From assembly GCA_963662275.1 (NCBI GenBank), contig OY759316.1, positions 1,280,001-1,344,000 of the forward strand: 64,000 bases of DNA, read 5' to 3'. Below, in pieces: positions 42,986-53,697 of the stretch. The DNA comes from Candidatus Cloacimonadales bacterium. GTDB taxonomy: Bacteria > Cloacimonadota > Cloacimonadia > Cloacimonadales > DAONDQ01. Both the position numbers and the translations under genes were made by a program. Each line of letters starts with the position of its first letter. Position 1 is the stretch's first letter. Below the pieces are notes generated by a model, which worked only from the letters and a program-made list of their open reading frames with translations, searched no databases and was not told the DNA's origin.

Positions 42986-43582
42986 ATAAAGTTGAAAAGC
43001 AGATTAGATAAAAGACAAGGAATATGAATAGATATTTCATTTTTACTCCTACTGTTACGCATTAGGTTAGTAATCACAAGGTCATCTTTTAAATGATCGT
43101 TTACTATCGAAGTTCAGAATTTCAAGACACAATTTCCCTACTCATAATATAAGTGCAGGATAATCGGAAAGTTGGTGGACAGATTATAGATAACTGAATC
43201 ATTGGTGAGAAGATAAAGAGTTCAATTGGAAATTAACAACTGCAGCGATTACGATTTTAATTCATTATAGACATTCTTGCGCTGTAATTTATACAAACTT
43301 GATAACCGTGTCTGATTTATATAATTAGCTGCAATAAATCAGATAACAAATTCGATATGAAAAGTAATAGCAACAGCGTCCAAAATTATCTGAAAGAATA
43401 TATCATATGTTATATTTCTCTTGCCGATTTTCAGGTATAAAAACAAATGACATTTGGAATATGAATAATAATTTCAATAAAAACACGGTTAGAGACTTTT
43501 TTTCTTGCCTATTTTAGCAGAATAATCCATGTTTGAATCATAAATAAATCATGATATAAGAATTGAAATTCGAGGAGGAAAT

Positions 43583-44197
43583 ATGTTGAACAAATCTACT
43601 CTAGCAAGTCTATTGCTTCTACTGGTTATCCTGTTCCTTTGTGCCTGTGCCGGTAATACACGTACCGTACAAAGAACAGCAACCGATACTACAGTTGACC
43701 TTAGCGGTCGGTGGAATGATGTGGATTCTCGTTTAGTGGCTGAAGAAATGGTGAAAGATGTGACAATACGTCCCTGGTTAACAGATTTCGTAGCTAAAAA
43801 AGGTGCAAAGCCTGTGGTGATTGTAGGTACGATCAGGAATCTTTCAGAAGAGCATATTGAGACCGGAGCTTTCCAGAGCGATATTGAACGTGAATTGATT
43901 AATGGCGGGAATGTGAAGTTTGTGGCAAGTAAAGGAGATCGTGGAGAAGTTCGTTCCGAGAAAACGGATCAGCAATCCAATGCCTCAGAAGAAACCGCCA
44001 AGCGTCTTGCCCAGGAAGTGGGAGCAGATTTCATGTTGCAGGGATCAATTAAGACGATCACAGATGCTGTCGAAGGCAAACAGGTCAAATTTTACCAGGT
44101 AGATCTGCAACTCATCAACGTTGAATCCAGTGAAAAAGTATGGCTGGGAACGAAGAAGATCAAGAAGGTCATTACTCAATCCAATAAAAAGTGGTAA
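43583..44197 (+). CDS. LpoB-family lipoprotein
   Basis: Lipobox-like Cys, DLSGRWNDVD, IRNLSEEHIET, GADFMLQGSI, KVWLGTKKIKK. Confidence 0.8.
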   Translation: MLNKSTLASLLLLLVILFLCACAGNTRTVQRTATDTTVDLSGRWNDVDSRLVAEEMVKDVTIRPWLTDFVAKKGAKPVVIVGTIRNLSEEHIETGAFQSDIERELINGGNVKFVASKGDRGEVRSEKTDQQSNASEETAKRLAQEVGADFMLQGSIKTITDAVEGKQVKFYQVDLQLINVESSEKVWLGTKKIKKVITQSNKKW

Positions 44198-44270
44198 AAA
44201 GTCGATTTACGATTTCCAGATTTGAACTGACTCTAGAGTCTTCATAATAACGTCTCATGGGAGGATTTTC

Positions 44271-45656
44271 ATGCAGTTGAAACAGCGTCACATTGTCATT
44301 ATCTTCTTCATTATCATCAGTATGGGATTGGTTGGTTGTGCAAACATGATGACTTCAACTTCTCAATATAAAGGGACAGATCAGAAGCTTTCTTCTCAGG
44401 ATTATAATGCTGCAATCAGTCAAATTGAAGCAGCTAAGGATAAGCAATATAAGCAGAAGGACAGAGTTCTCTATTATCTTGATTTGGGAATGCTGTATCA
44501 TTATGCGCATCAATATGAAAAAAGCAATGAGTTATTGACCCTGGCAGAAAATGATATGCAGGATCTATATACGAAAAGCATATCAAAAGCAGCCCTATCT
44601 CTCTTACTGAACGATAATGCCATGGATTATTTTGGAGAGGATTATGAGGACATTTATGTCAATGTATTCAAGGCATTAAATTATCTTGAACTTGATAAAT
44701 ATGACGATTCGTTCGTAGAAATACGTCGGATTAATTTGAAGCTGGGTATGTTAGAGGATAAATATCAGAAATATGCTACAGAAATGAATAAATCATCTGA
44801 TAAGAAGTCCGAATTCAAGACGGGGCAGATCAAGTTCAATAATGATGCACTCGGTAGATATTTAAGTATGCTTCTCTATCGAACCGAAGGAAAACTGGAT
44901 GATGCGAGAATAGATTATGGTAAAATTCAGGATGCATTTGAATTGCAAAAGAATATCTATAATTTCCAGCAGCCTGATCTTTCCCAGGAATTAAGTAGTA
45001 CTAACGGACTCGTGAAAGTGGATGTTTTAAGTTTTGTTGGTAAGTCACCCAAAAAAGAAAAGTATGATCTATATATCACTACTCATAAAGATTATGTAAC
45101 GATTACCGGTGTAACGCGACCTGAATTCTTCCAGGCTTCTATTGCTATTCCAGTGGAAGAGGGATATCATTTTAAGTTTTCAGTACCCTATATATCACCA
45201 AATATATCAGTGATCGGTAAAGTAAAAATTGTTGTTGATGAGGGTGAATCCTTTGAACTGGCTAAGCTCGAAGATATTAACAATGTAGCTACAGAGACTT
45301 TCAAAGTGAAAGAACCTTTGATTTATCTGAAGAGTCTCACGCGTTCTGTTGTCAAAGGTGTAATAGCTGAGAAACAGAAAGCAAAGATGGAAGCCAATAA
45401 TCCTGGGATAAAAGGGAAATTGTTGAGTTTAGCCACCGATGTCGGTGTTGATTTAACAGAAAATGCTGATGTCAGAATTTCACGTTTCTTTCCTGGTAAA
45501 GCACTTATCGGAGAGTTGAACCTGACTCCCGGTAAACATATATTCAAAGTGAATTACTACGATCTGAACGGAGTTGTTCTTTATACTGAAAACCTGGGAG
45601 AGAAAGATATCCAGCCTAATGGATTGAATTTAATTGAAACCGTTTATCTGCGGTGA
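44271..45656 (+). CDS. uncharacterised TPR-like lipoprotein (COG3014-like)
   Basis: LVGC lipobox, LYYLDLGML, YFGEDYE, ADVR. Typical neighbour of LpoB-family genes. Confidence 0.7.
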   Translation: MQLKQRHIVIIFFIIISMGLVGCANMMTSTSQYKGTDQKLSSQDYNAAISQIEAAKDKQYKQKDRVLYYLDLGMLYHYAHQYEKSNELLTLAENDMQDLYTKSISKAALSLLLNDNAMDYFGEDYEDIYVNVFKALNYLELDKYDDSFVEIRRINLKLGMLEDKYQKYATEMNKSSDKKSEFKTGQIKFNNDALGRYLSMLLYRTEGKLDDARIDYGKIQDAFELQKNIYNFQQPDLSQELSSTNGLVKVDVLSFVGKSPKKEKYDLYITTHKDYVTITGVTRPEFFQASIAIPVEEGYHFKFSVPYISPNISVIGKVKIVVDEGESFELAKLEDINNVATETFKVKEPLIYLKSLTRSVVKGVIAEKQKAKMEANNPGIKGKLLSLATDVGVDLTENADVRISRFFPGKALIGELNLTPGKHIFKVNYYDLNGVVLYTENLGEKDIQPNGLNLIETVYLR

Positions 45657-45664
45657 GGTGAATT

Positions 45665-46690
45665 ATGAAAAAAATACTGATTATCCTATTGATTTTATTA
45701 GCTCTTTCTGTTATCTGCCTGGCAAAGAAAAGCAATGTTATGCAAAAACCAGCTTGGGTAGATGATCCTAAATCTGAGTATCCTGAGACTGTTTATCTTT
45801 CTTCAGTCGGTTCAGGATCGGGACGCCAGGAAGCACAAAACACAGCGATGGGAAATCTTGCCCGTATCTTTGAAGCGAATGTTAAATCGACAAGTGAGTA
45901 TAATGAAAGATACAAGGAACTGATAACAGATCAGAAGTGTTCATCCGAATCAGCCACAGAACTCAATAAAAGTACGACAGTCAGTGCTGATCAGAAACTT
46001 TTGAATATGGAAATAGGACCTTCCTGGACTGATGATCTTGGTCAGGTCTATACCATTGCTTACATCAATCGGCAAAAGACAGCCGATATTTATTCTCAAA
46101 AAATCGATGAAAATGATAAACGCATCAAGTATTTTATGGATCAGCAACTTCTTACAAAAGATCCTAAAAGCATCTATGCTAATTTAAGCGCAGCAGCAGT
46201 GATTGGAGAGGCTAACCAAATCCTTTTAGATCAGCTTGCGATCATTTCTCCGGATGATAGAGAAATGACGAAGCTTAGTTATGGTTGTCCTGTCATTATG
46301 AAAAGCTTATCTGATGCTGCAAGTCTGATTCATTTCAATGTAAATATAGAAAATGATGATAGAAATAAAATCACGGCTCAGTTTACAAGCTTGCTCAGTG
46401 ATATGGGATTCGGTTTAAATCCTGAGAATGCTATTCAAATCAACGGTAATGTACTATTTGAGGAGGTTGATCTGCAAGCTTCCCAGAAATTCATACGTTA
46501 TACCTTGAATGTCGATGTGAAAGATGCGAACGGAATCTCACTCTTTACAATGACCGATATAGGAAGAGAAGGACATATTAATTACCCGGAAGCACGCGCA
46601 AGGGCTGTAAGAACGATAACAGGAAAGATTCAGAATGACTTCAAAAAAAGATTGGTAGGTTATTTTGATGGTCTTGTTCAAAAAAAATAG
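45665..46690 (+). CDS. LPP20-family-like exported protein
   Basis: Signal peptide, KPAWV..P..YL..VG.G...A...A...LA..F motif. Confidence 0.65.
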   Translation: MKKILIILLILLALSVICLAKKSNVMQKPAWVDDPKSEYPETVYLSSVGSGSGRQEAQNTAMGNLARIFEANVKSTSEYNERYKELITDQKCSSESATELNKSTTVSADQKLLNMEIGPSWTDDLGQVYTIAYINRQKTADIYSQKIDENDKRIKYFMDQQLLTKDPKSIYANLSAAAVIGEANQILLDQLAIISPDDREMTKLSYGCPVIMKSLSDAASLIHFNVNIENDDRNKITAQFTSLLSDMGFGLNPENAIQINGNVLFEEVDLQASQKFIRYTLNVDVKDANGISLFTMTDIGREGHINYPEARARAVRTITGKIQNDFKKRLVGYFDGLVQKK

Positions 46691-46805
46691 TGTTACTACA
46701 GCATTCTATTTTTTACAGCTTTTATGAATAGATTTATGTGTGCATTTAGTAAGATAGAAATATACTTTAGTATAAGAAACTAACCACTAACGTCAAGAGG
46801 GAAAA

Positions 46806-48830
46806 ATGGCTGACTATTTTCTTGAAACTCATCACCATGAATGGATATTAACCAATACAAAAGGTGGCTATGCACTTGGAACTGGCAATTTGGTAAACCA
46901 GAGAAAGTATCACGGATTACTGATAGCAAGTGATTACAATTTCCAGCGAAGACATTTGGTCTCAGGGATCGAAGAATTGGTTGAATGGCGGGGTGATTCA
47001 TTCTACTTGGATAGCAATAACTACAGTAATTGCATCTTTCCAGAAGGTTTCCTGCATCTTGTCAAATCCTGGCTAAGACCATATCCGGTCTTTTTGTATT
47101 CATCTTTACCGCATAATGATGATATCCTGGTTCGTAAGGAAATCATGATGAGTGAGAAATCCAATACAGTCATGATTAAATATACGAATCTGGGCAGTCA
47201 TAAATTGCATCTTTGCTTGCGTCCGAAATTCACGATGTGTAATCATCATCAAATTAACTCACCCGGAACCTTACAGGTTGATGACTTTGAGCATAATTCT
47301 CTTCCAGCATTGCGGGGTACACATTTTAAAACATTACGAAGATCTAACTTCATCGAAGTCTATGGAGCAATTTCTCAGGGTGAAGTGACGCAGAATACCG
47401 TTCATTATCGTAATGTATTCTATCCCTGGGAAGTGATGTCAGGTTATGCCGGTGAAGGTGATCAGATTGCATTTTGGGAAATAGGTTTTGATTTGGGAGT
47501 AAATGAAACGAATTATATTCTTTTCTCTGATGAACCGATCACTGATCTGACAAATACTATTAAATCAATCCGTAATCGATATCTGACGCTTCCCCTACCG
47601 ATAGACTATCCTGAGAAATCCCTAGAGGGACTTTTGATGGATCAGCTTGATTATTATGATAACCAGATGTTCGATTATGATCAGTATATGAAAGTGTTGA
47701 AGTTTACTTTAAGTGATTTTCTAGTGAATGATGACATCGTTGCTGGATATCCCTGGTTTGGAGCTTGGGGTCGAGATACGATGGTTACGATCAACGCATT
47801 TCTTCACTCACCTGATATGATCGACTTTTGTGAACAGATTCTCATAAAGTACAGCCAGCATATCCAGGATGGCAGAATTCCTAATATGTTCCCGGAATCA
47901 GGTTTGGAAGGAAATTACGATTCAATCGATGCCACATTTTGGTATGTTATTCTCTTAAACAAACTTGGTAAATATAAAAAGAACGATGAATTGTGGAAAA
48001 AACTGATTCAAATAGCTGAAGAAATATTCACTGGAATTATGAATCATACAGGAGAACTATTTGTGATTCGAACTGATGGCTTAATATCCTTGAATCATAA
48101 TTTTGCTTATGCAACCTGGATGGATGCTCGTAAGAATAATATCTGCATTACTCCTCGTGATGGGGCACCTGTGGAAATCAATGCTTTATGGTATAATGCA
48201 ATTTGCAGTTATGAGGAAATGTTAAACGTTCATAATCAAACTTCAAAGAAAAAGCACAAAGCTCTTCCAGGCTTACTAGAAATTCGTGATAAAATCCCAA
48301 CTTCTTTCCAAAAATTCTGGGTTGAGGATTATCTGGCTGATCGTCTGATTGGAGATGAACCAATACTGGAATTCAGACCGAATTCCTTAATTGCAGTTGC
48401 ATTACCAAAAATGCTAATCACTCAGAAGCAGGCACAACAGCTATTTGAAAAAGCAAAAAATGAATTGTATACTCCTTATGGAATCCGTACTTTAACTCCG
48501 AAAGATTTCAGGTTTCATAAAAAATACTACGGAAATCAAACTGAACGCGATCTGGCATATCATCAAGGGTCAGTATGGGCTTGGTTGCTTGGACCTTATT
48601 GCGGTGTCTATCTGAAAGCTTACAAAAGTATTAAATCAGATGCAGAGATGAAATTAGAAATCAATTCTATGATTGCAACCTTTAGAACGAGTTTCATGAA
48701 AGGACATATTGCATCCATTGCTGAAGTATGGGATGGTGAAGCACCTCATTTTCCTAAAGGTGCTCCAGCCCAGGCATGGAGTGTTGCTGCCCTGTACAAT
48801 ATAGAAACGTATCTCCAGACATTGGAGTAA
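46806..48830 (+). CDS. glycogen debranching enzyme (amylo-alpha-1,6-glucosidase, GH133-like)
   Basis: EWILTNTKGGYA, RKYHGLL, AGYPWFGAWGRDT, TWMDA, VEINALWYNA, YHQGSVWAW, QAWSVA. Confidence 0.9.
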   Translation: MADYFLETHHHEWILTNTKGGYALGTGNLVNQRKYHGLLIASDYNFQRRHLVSGIEELVEWRGDSFYLDSNNYSNCIFPEGFLHLVKSWLRPYPVFLYSSLPHNDDILVRKEIMMSEKSNTVMIKYTNLGSHKLHLCLRPKFTMCNHHQINSPGTLQVDDFEHNSLPALRGTHFKTLRRSNFIEVYGAISQGEVTQNTVHYRNVFYPWEVMSGYAGEGDQIAFWEIGFDLGVNETNYILFSDEPITDLTNTIKSIRNRYLTLPLPIDYPEKSLEGLLMDQLDYYDNQMFDYDQYMKVLKFTLSDFLVNDDIVAGYPWFGAWGRDTMVTINAFLHSPDMIDFCEQILIKYSQHIQDGRIPNMFPESGLEGNYDSIDATFWYVILLNKLGKYKKNDELWKKLIQIAEEIFTGIMNHTGELFVIRTDGLISLNHNFAYATWMDARKNNICITPRDGAPVEINALWYNAICSYEEMLNVHNQTSKKKHKALPGLLEIRDKIPTSFQKFWVEDYLADRLIGDEPILEFRPNSLIAVALPKMLITQKQAQQLFEKAKNELYTPYGIRTLTPKDFRFHKKYYGNQTERDLAYHQGSVWAWLLGPYCGVYLKAYKSIKSDAEMKLEINSMIATFRTSFMKGHIASIAEVWDGEAPHFPKGAPAQAWSVAALYNIETYLQTLE

Positions 48831-48838
48831 GAGGAAAA

Positions 48839-50155
48839 ATGAAAATATTAATGTTCACATGGGAATTTCCGCCACTAATCTCTGGCGGTATGGGAATGGC
48901 ATGTTATGGTATGATAAAATCCCTTCTGAAATTGGGTGTGGAAGTTGATCTTGTTCTTCCAACAAAGGAATTGGTTTATTTTCCTTTAGTTCAAGTTGAA
49001 GATGTCGATCTTCTACCTGTAGTTTACATTGACCCGGTTAGGCAAAAGGAATTTTCACAGATTCAATTTGTCACAATCCAGGAAAAAATGGAATACATGG
49101 GTATGACTGTTCATCCGGAAACCTATCTCCAAATGGCAGAGATCCAGAATTTCCGTGCAATGAAAACCTTCACTACTGAAGAGCATATTGAGACTGTGGA
49201 AAAGGAGAAAGTGTGGCAAGATGTAGCACTGCATTTAATTGGAGATGAAGACCTTTTTCAGAAAGTACAAGAATTTACCTTTAGAGCAGAAAAGATCGCG
49301 AAAGCACTTAAATATGATGTGATTCACTGTCACGACTGGTTGACCTATCCTGCAGGTATGATTGCCAAAAATATTAGTGAAAAACCTCTTGTTGTTCATA
49401 TTCATGCAACCGAATTCGATCGTTCCGGAGGTACCGGAGATGAACGTATTCATAAAATTGAACATGCAGGTATGCTATATGCTGATCGGGTGATAGCAGT
49501 ATCAAAATATACTTCCCAGATGATCATGTCTCGTTATCGCGTCGATACATTGAAGATACGTATCATACATAATGCTTATACCATAGATGATGAAGTTGAC
49601 TACAAGCGGAGGAGATTATTCACAGGACCTACAATCCTGTTCCTGGGACGTATAACATTGCAAAAGGGTCCAGATTATTTTCTCGAGGTGGCGGAACGAG
49701 TTTTACAATCACATCCCGAAGCCAGGTTCATTATGGCTGGTTCAGGTGATATGGCGCGTAAGATGCTCCGTAAATCTGCATCCATGCGCTTAAAGAACAG
49801 ATTTCTTTTTGCTGGTTTCCTGAATCGTGAACAAGTAGAAAAGATACTGAGCGCTTCAGATATCTATATGTTACCCTCTGTATCAGAACCTTTTGGTATT
49901 GCTCCCCTGGAAGCAATGGCTTATGAAGTGACAGCCATTATCTCCAGGCAAGCAGGTGTTGCTGAAGTAGTGAATAACGCCTTTAAAATAGATTTTTGGG
50001 ATATTGACCGCATGACAGAAACTCTTAATTATCTATTGGATAATCCCGATGTTTGTGAAGAGATGGGACGAAAGGGTAAAATCGAAGTACATCAGATCGA
50101 ATGGGATGCAGCAGCCGTGAAAATCAATAAAGTGTATTCGGAATTAGTAAAATAA
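48839..50155 (+). CDS. GT4 glycosyltransferase (glycogen-synthase-like)
   Basis: WEFPPLISGGMG, HCHDW, HATEFDR, PSVSEPFGIAPLEAM. Start at ATG 48839 after GAGG. Confidence 0.9.
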   Translation: MKILMFTWEFPPLISGGMGMACYGMIKSLLKLGVEVDLVLPTKELVYFPLVQVEDVDLLPVVYIDPVRQKEFSQIQFVTIQEKMEYMGMTVHPETYLQMAEIQNFRAMKTFTTEEHIETVEKEKVWQDVALHLIGDEDLFQKVQEFTFRAEKIAKALKYDVIHCHDWLTYPAGMIAKNISEKPLVVHIHATEFDRSGGTGDERIHKIEHAGMLYADRVIAVSKYTSQMIMSRYRVDTLKIRIIHNAYTIDDEVDYKRRRLFTGPTILFLGRITLQKGPDYFLEVAERVLQSHPEARFIMAGSGDMARKMLRKSASMRLKNRFLFAGFLNREQVEKILSASDIYMLPSVSEPFGIAPLEAMAYEVTAIISRQAGVAEVVNNAFKIDFWDIDRMTETLNYLLDNPDVCEEMGRKGKIEVHQIEWDAAAVKINKVYSELVK

Positions 50156-50176
50156 CTAAACCATTGGAGTGTTTCA

Positions 50177-51373
50177 ATGCTTAATTTTGTGTTCTATTTC
50201 CAGGTTCATCAGCCTTATCGATTAAGGCATATTAATGTACTTGATATTGGTTCGGGTCAGGATTATTTCAATGATGATCTGAATAAAATGGTGATGAAGA
50301 AAGTTGCTGAAAAATGTTATCTACCAACAAACGCTTTAATGCTGAAACTAATCGAACGCTATTATCCTCATTTTAAGATATCTTATTCCATTACAGGTGT
50401 GGCTATCGAACAGTTTAAAAAGTATACTCCTGAAGTATTGGATTCTTTTAAAAGATTAGCCGAGACAGGATGTGTGGAATTTCTTGGAGAAACATATTTC
50501 CATTCCCTGGCATATCTCTATGATACCAATGAATTCCTGGATCAGGTTAATATGCATCGTGATCTCATGAAATCTGAATTTAATATGGATACGGTAACTT
50601 TCAGAAATACGGAACTGATCTACCAAGATAGGTTATCTGATCTAATCTATGAAGTCGAAGGATATAAAACGATCCTCACTGAAGGTGTGGATCGGATCAT
50701 GAAGTGGAGAAAACCACTTTATGCATATAAGAACTATACGAAAACGCTGAATCTTCTCTGTAAATATTATAAAATGGCTGATGACATAGCTTTTAGGTTT
50801 TCCAACAAAGGCTGGGAAGAATTTCCTCTTACCGTTGATAAATATGTGAATTGGGTAAATCAATTAACCTTAAGTGAAGAGAAAGATAGAAATCTGTTTC
50901 TAAATCTCTTCATGGATTATGAAACTTTTGGTGAGCATCAATGGGCAGAAACCGGGATATTTCAGTTTATGGAAAAACTGCCAGAAATGGTATTGGAACT
51001 CCCACATTTAGGCTTCATCTTCCCCAAACAAGTATCTGAATTTGCAAATTATCAGCAGGAAGCTTTATCTATTCCTGATCCGATTTCCTGGGCAGATGAA
51101 CAACGTGACCTTTCTGCCTGGCTGGAAAATGATATGCAGAAAAATGCCATAGAAACTTTATACGAGTTATTCTTGAAAATCAAACAGAAGGGTGATGAGA
51201 GTTTGTTACGGCAAGCTCGATTATTAAGTACATCTGACCATTTCTATTATATGTGTACAAAATACTTCCAGGATGGAGATGTACACAAGTATTTCTCACC
51301 CTATGATTCCCCTGATCAGGCATATATTTATTTCGTCAATGCCTTGGCGGATTTGGAAGAAAGGCTCAAATAG
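50177..51373 (+). CDS. GH57 alpha-amylase-like hydrolase
   Basis: FQVHQPYRL, ETYFHSL, FRNTELIY, DYETFGEH, TSDHFYYM. Confidence 0.9.
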   Translation: MLNFVFYFQVHQPYRLRHINVLDIGSGQDYFNDDLNKMVMKKVAEKCYLPTNALMLKLIERYYPHFKISYSITGVAIEQFKKYTPEVLDSFKRLAETGCVEFLGETYFHSLAYLYDTNEFLDQVNMHRDLMKSEFNMDTVTFRNTELIYQDRLSDLIYEVEGYKTILTEGVDRIMKWRKPLYAYKNYTKTLNLLCKYYKMADDIAFRFSNKGWEEFPLTVDKYVNWVNQLTLSEEKDRNLFLNLFMDYETFGEHQWAETGIFQFMEKLPEMVLELPHLGFIFPKQVSEFANYQQEALSIPDPISWADEQRDLSAWLENDMQKNAIETLYELFLKIKQKGDESLLRQARLLSTSDHFYYMCTKYFQDGDVHKYFSPYDSPDQAYIYFVNALADLEERLK

Positions 51374-52810
51374 ATGCAAAGAAACTCGCATGCAAGAGTC
51401 ATGATCCTGGAAGACGATCGTTATCTATCTGCTCAATTAAGACAGATCATTGAAAGTAACGGTTATATGGTTAAAGTCTACTTTGAAAGTGAAGGATTCA
51501 TCAATGACTATCCGGAGTTTAATCCTGAGGTGATCCTGCTTGATATCAATTTAGCCAATAGTGTTCATGATGGTATCTGGGTAATGAGATACTTGCGTGC
51601 AGAGTATGAAACAACTTCCAAGATCATCGTGATTTCAGGTGAGGCAAGTTCATTACAAGTGAATGAAATTCGCAGACTTGGTGCATATACTTTTATGGAG
51701 AAAGGGGCAAATTTTAACTTAAATCAATTACTCTTGAATGTAGAGAATGGGGTTCAACTTAGGGGAAAGGAAAATGAAAACCTGAATCTACAATTCGAAA
51801 ATCTGAATCTGAAGAAACAGCTCATTAAACGTTATCCTTTCATCGGTGAATGTGACCTGATTCAAGAGGCTCGTGAAAAGATGGAGAAATTTGCCAAAGC
51901 GGATGAAGATATTCTCATTTTTGGAGAAACAGGTACGGGAAAGGAAATAGCAGCTCATTATTATTATCAGAATTCACCAAGGTTTGCAAAAACATTCCAT
52001 ACAGTGAACTGCAGTGCTTTGACTGAAACGCTGATCGAATCTGAATTATTCGGACATGTGAAAGGATCGTTTACCGGTGCTGATCGTAACAAGATAGGCT
52101 TTTTTGAAAGATGTGATAATGGAATTCTATTTCTGGATGAAATTAGCAATTTGAGCGTACTTTCCCAATCCAAAATCTTACGTGCGATTGAGTATAATGA
52201 AATCCAAGTCGTAGGCGGACCAACCAGGAAAGTAGATACAAGACTAATCTTTGCCTCTAACCAAAAGCTTGAAACAATGATTAGTGAAGGAAATTTCAGA
52301 CAGGATCTATACTACAGGGTTGAGGGGAATGTCATCAATTTACCTGCTCTTCGTGATAGGGGAGATGATGTAATTGTATTAATGCAATTCTTCATTGATA
52401 TGTATGCCCAAAAATATCCGATTCCAATTCGGCTAGATCTTCATGCAATAAAAAATGAATTACTGAAATACCCGTGGCCTGGTAATATCAGAGAATTGAG
52501 AAACTTCTGCAAGCATATTATGATTAATGAAAACCAATTAGACAATAAGATCATAGCAAAATACCTGGTATTAAAAAATCTTAACTACCGTGCCAGTTCA
52601 ACAGACCAATTTCAAAAGTATCTGGATATGGAAACAATCAGGGATGGTGTTGCAGCATTTGAAAAAGATTACCTGATTTATCATCTGCAACGTAACGAAT
52701 GGAAGATCAATGAGACTGCCTCCAGTGTTGGTCTTGAAAGAACGACACTCTATAAAAAAATGAAGCAGTATCAGATATCAAAAGAAGATTCCAGTAACCT
52801 ATACAAATGA
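51374..52810 (+). CDS. NtrC-family response regulator / enhancer-binding protein
   Basis: Receiver domain (LEDD, LLDI), GETGTGKE, ESELFGH, GSFTGA, LFLDE, FRQDLYYR, WPGNIREL, Fis-type HTH. Confidence 0.9.
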   Translation: MQRNSHARVMILEDDRYLSAQLRQIIESNGYMVKVYFESEGFINDYPEFNPEVILLDINLANSVHDGIWVMRYLRAEYETTSKIIVISGEASSLQVNEIRRLGAYTFMEKGANFNLNQLLLNVENGVQLRGKENENLNLQFENLNLKKQLIKRYPFIGECDLIQEAREKMEKFAKADEDILIFGETGTGKEIAAHYYYQNSPRFAKTFHTVNCSALTETLIESELFGHVKGSFTGADRNKIGFFERCDNGILFLDEISNLSVLSQSKILRAIEYNEIQVVGGPTRKVDTRLIFASNQKLETMISEGNFRQDLYYRVEGNVINLPALRDRGDDVIVLMQFFIDMYAQKYPIPIRLDLHAIKNELLKYPWPGNIRELRNFCKHIMINENQLDNKIIAKYLVLKNLNYRASSTDQFQKYLDMETIRDGVAAFEKDYLIYHLQRNEWKINETASSVGLERTTLYKKMKQYQISKEDSSNLYK

Positions 52811-53697
52811 AAAACAATCTAACACTCAAGATACTTGCGGTTATCCTGACGATTTTTATTTGGATTCAAGCGATGTTACTTAAGCATCAGAGTACGGATA
52901 TCAATCTTCCTGTCAAATTAACGAATGTTCCTGAACAGATAGCTTTCAAACATCCCATCATTCAATCTGTACGCTTTCATGTTGCGGGTAGGGGAATCGA
53001 TATTCTTTTGTTAAAACTTTCTCACACCTACTTGGAAATAGATGCACAAGATCTCAAATCCAAAAATAATATTATTCCTTTGAACAAATACAAGATCAAT
53101 CTCCCAAGATATATCTCTCTTACTGAGATAAGACCTGTTAGCAATGATCTTATCCAATTTGAAACGGATATTCTAGCAAAGAAAACGGTTCCTATCGTTC
53201 TTCAATTTTCATCTTTGGAAGTGGAAAATAAGTTTAGGCAAATTTCTTTAGAGCAGAATACCAGTTTTGCTGAAATATCTGGTCCACAAAGCAGTATTGA
53301 TAAAATCAGGGAAATACAGACCAAGCCAATATTAATGGATATGCTAACAGGCTCAGCATTCAAAATCGACCTGATCAGTCCTTCTAAATCAGTTGTGCTA
53401 ACCCAGCGTTCGCTTCAGTTATTACCTGGAAAAATGGAGTATACGACTCGAACTATTTCCATGATTCCTATCCAGTCTTCAAATAGCCAAGTCACAATGA
53501 TACCTGCCTGGGTCTCGGTTAAACTCCAGGGAGCAAAATCTGATATTGATCAGGTTATGGTTAGTGATATTCATGCAAGTATTAAAACGGATGGAGTTAA
53601 GAATAATCAAAGGGTTCCCGTAGAGGTTACGCTGACGAAGCCTGTACACCTGGTTGAATTTACTCCTCAAGAAGTTCGAATACAAAAGAATGACTGA
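52807..53697 (+). CDS. YbbR/CdaR-like protein
   Basis: N-terminal NLTLKILAVILTIFIW anchor followed by repeated beta-rich YbbR-like segments. Confidence 0.65.
   Translation: MKNNLTLKILAVILTIFIWIQAMLLKHQSTDINLPVKLTNVPEQIAFKHPIIQSVRFHVAGRGIDILLLKLSHTYLEIDAQDLKSKNNIIPLNKYKINLPRYISLTEIRPVSNDLIQFETDILAKKTVPIVLQFSSLEVENKFRQISLEQNTSFAEISGPQSSIDKIREIQTKPILMDMLTGSAFKIDLISPSKSVVLTQRSLQLLPGKMEYTTRTISMIPIQSSNSQVTMIPAWVSVKLQGAKSDIDQVMVSDIHASIKTDGVKNNQRVPVEVTLTKPVHLVEFTPQEVRIQKND

Noticed and set aside
52063..52081. GSFTGA instead of GAFTGA as a sign of sigma54 independence
   Set aside because: GSFTGA is a common variant in enhancer-binding proteins and is not diagnostic alone.
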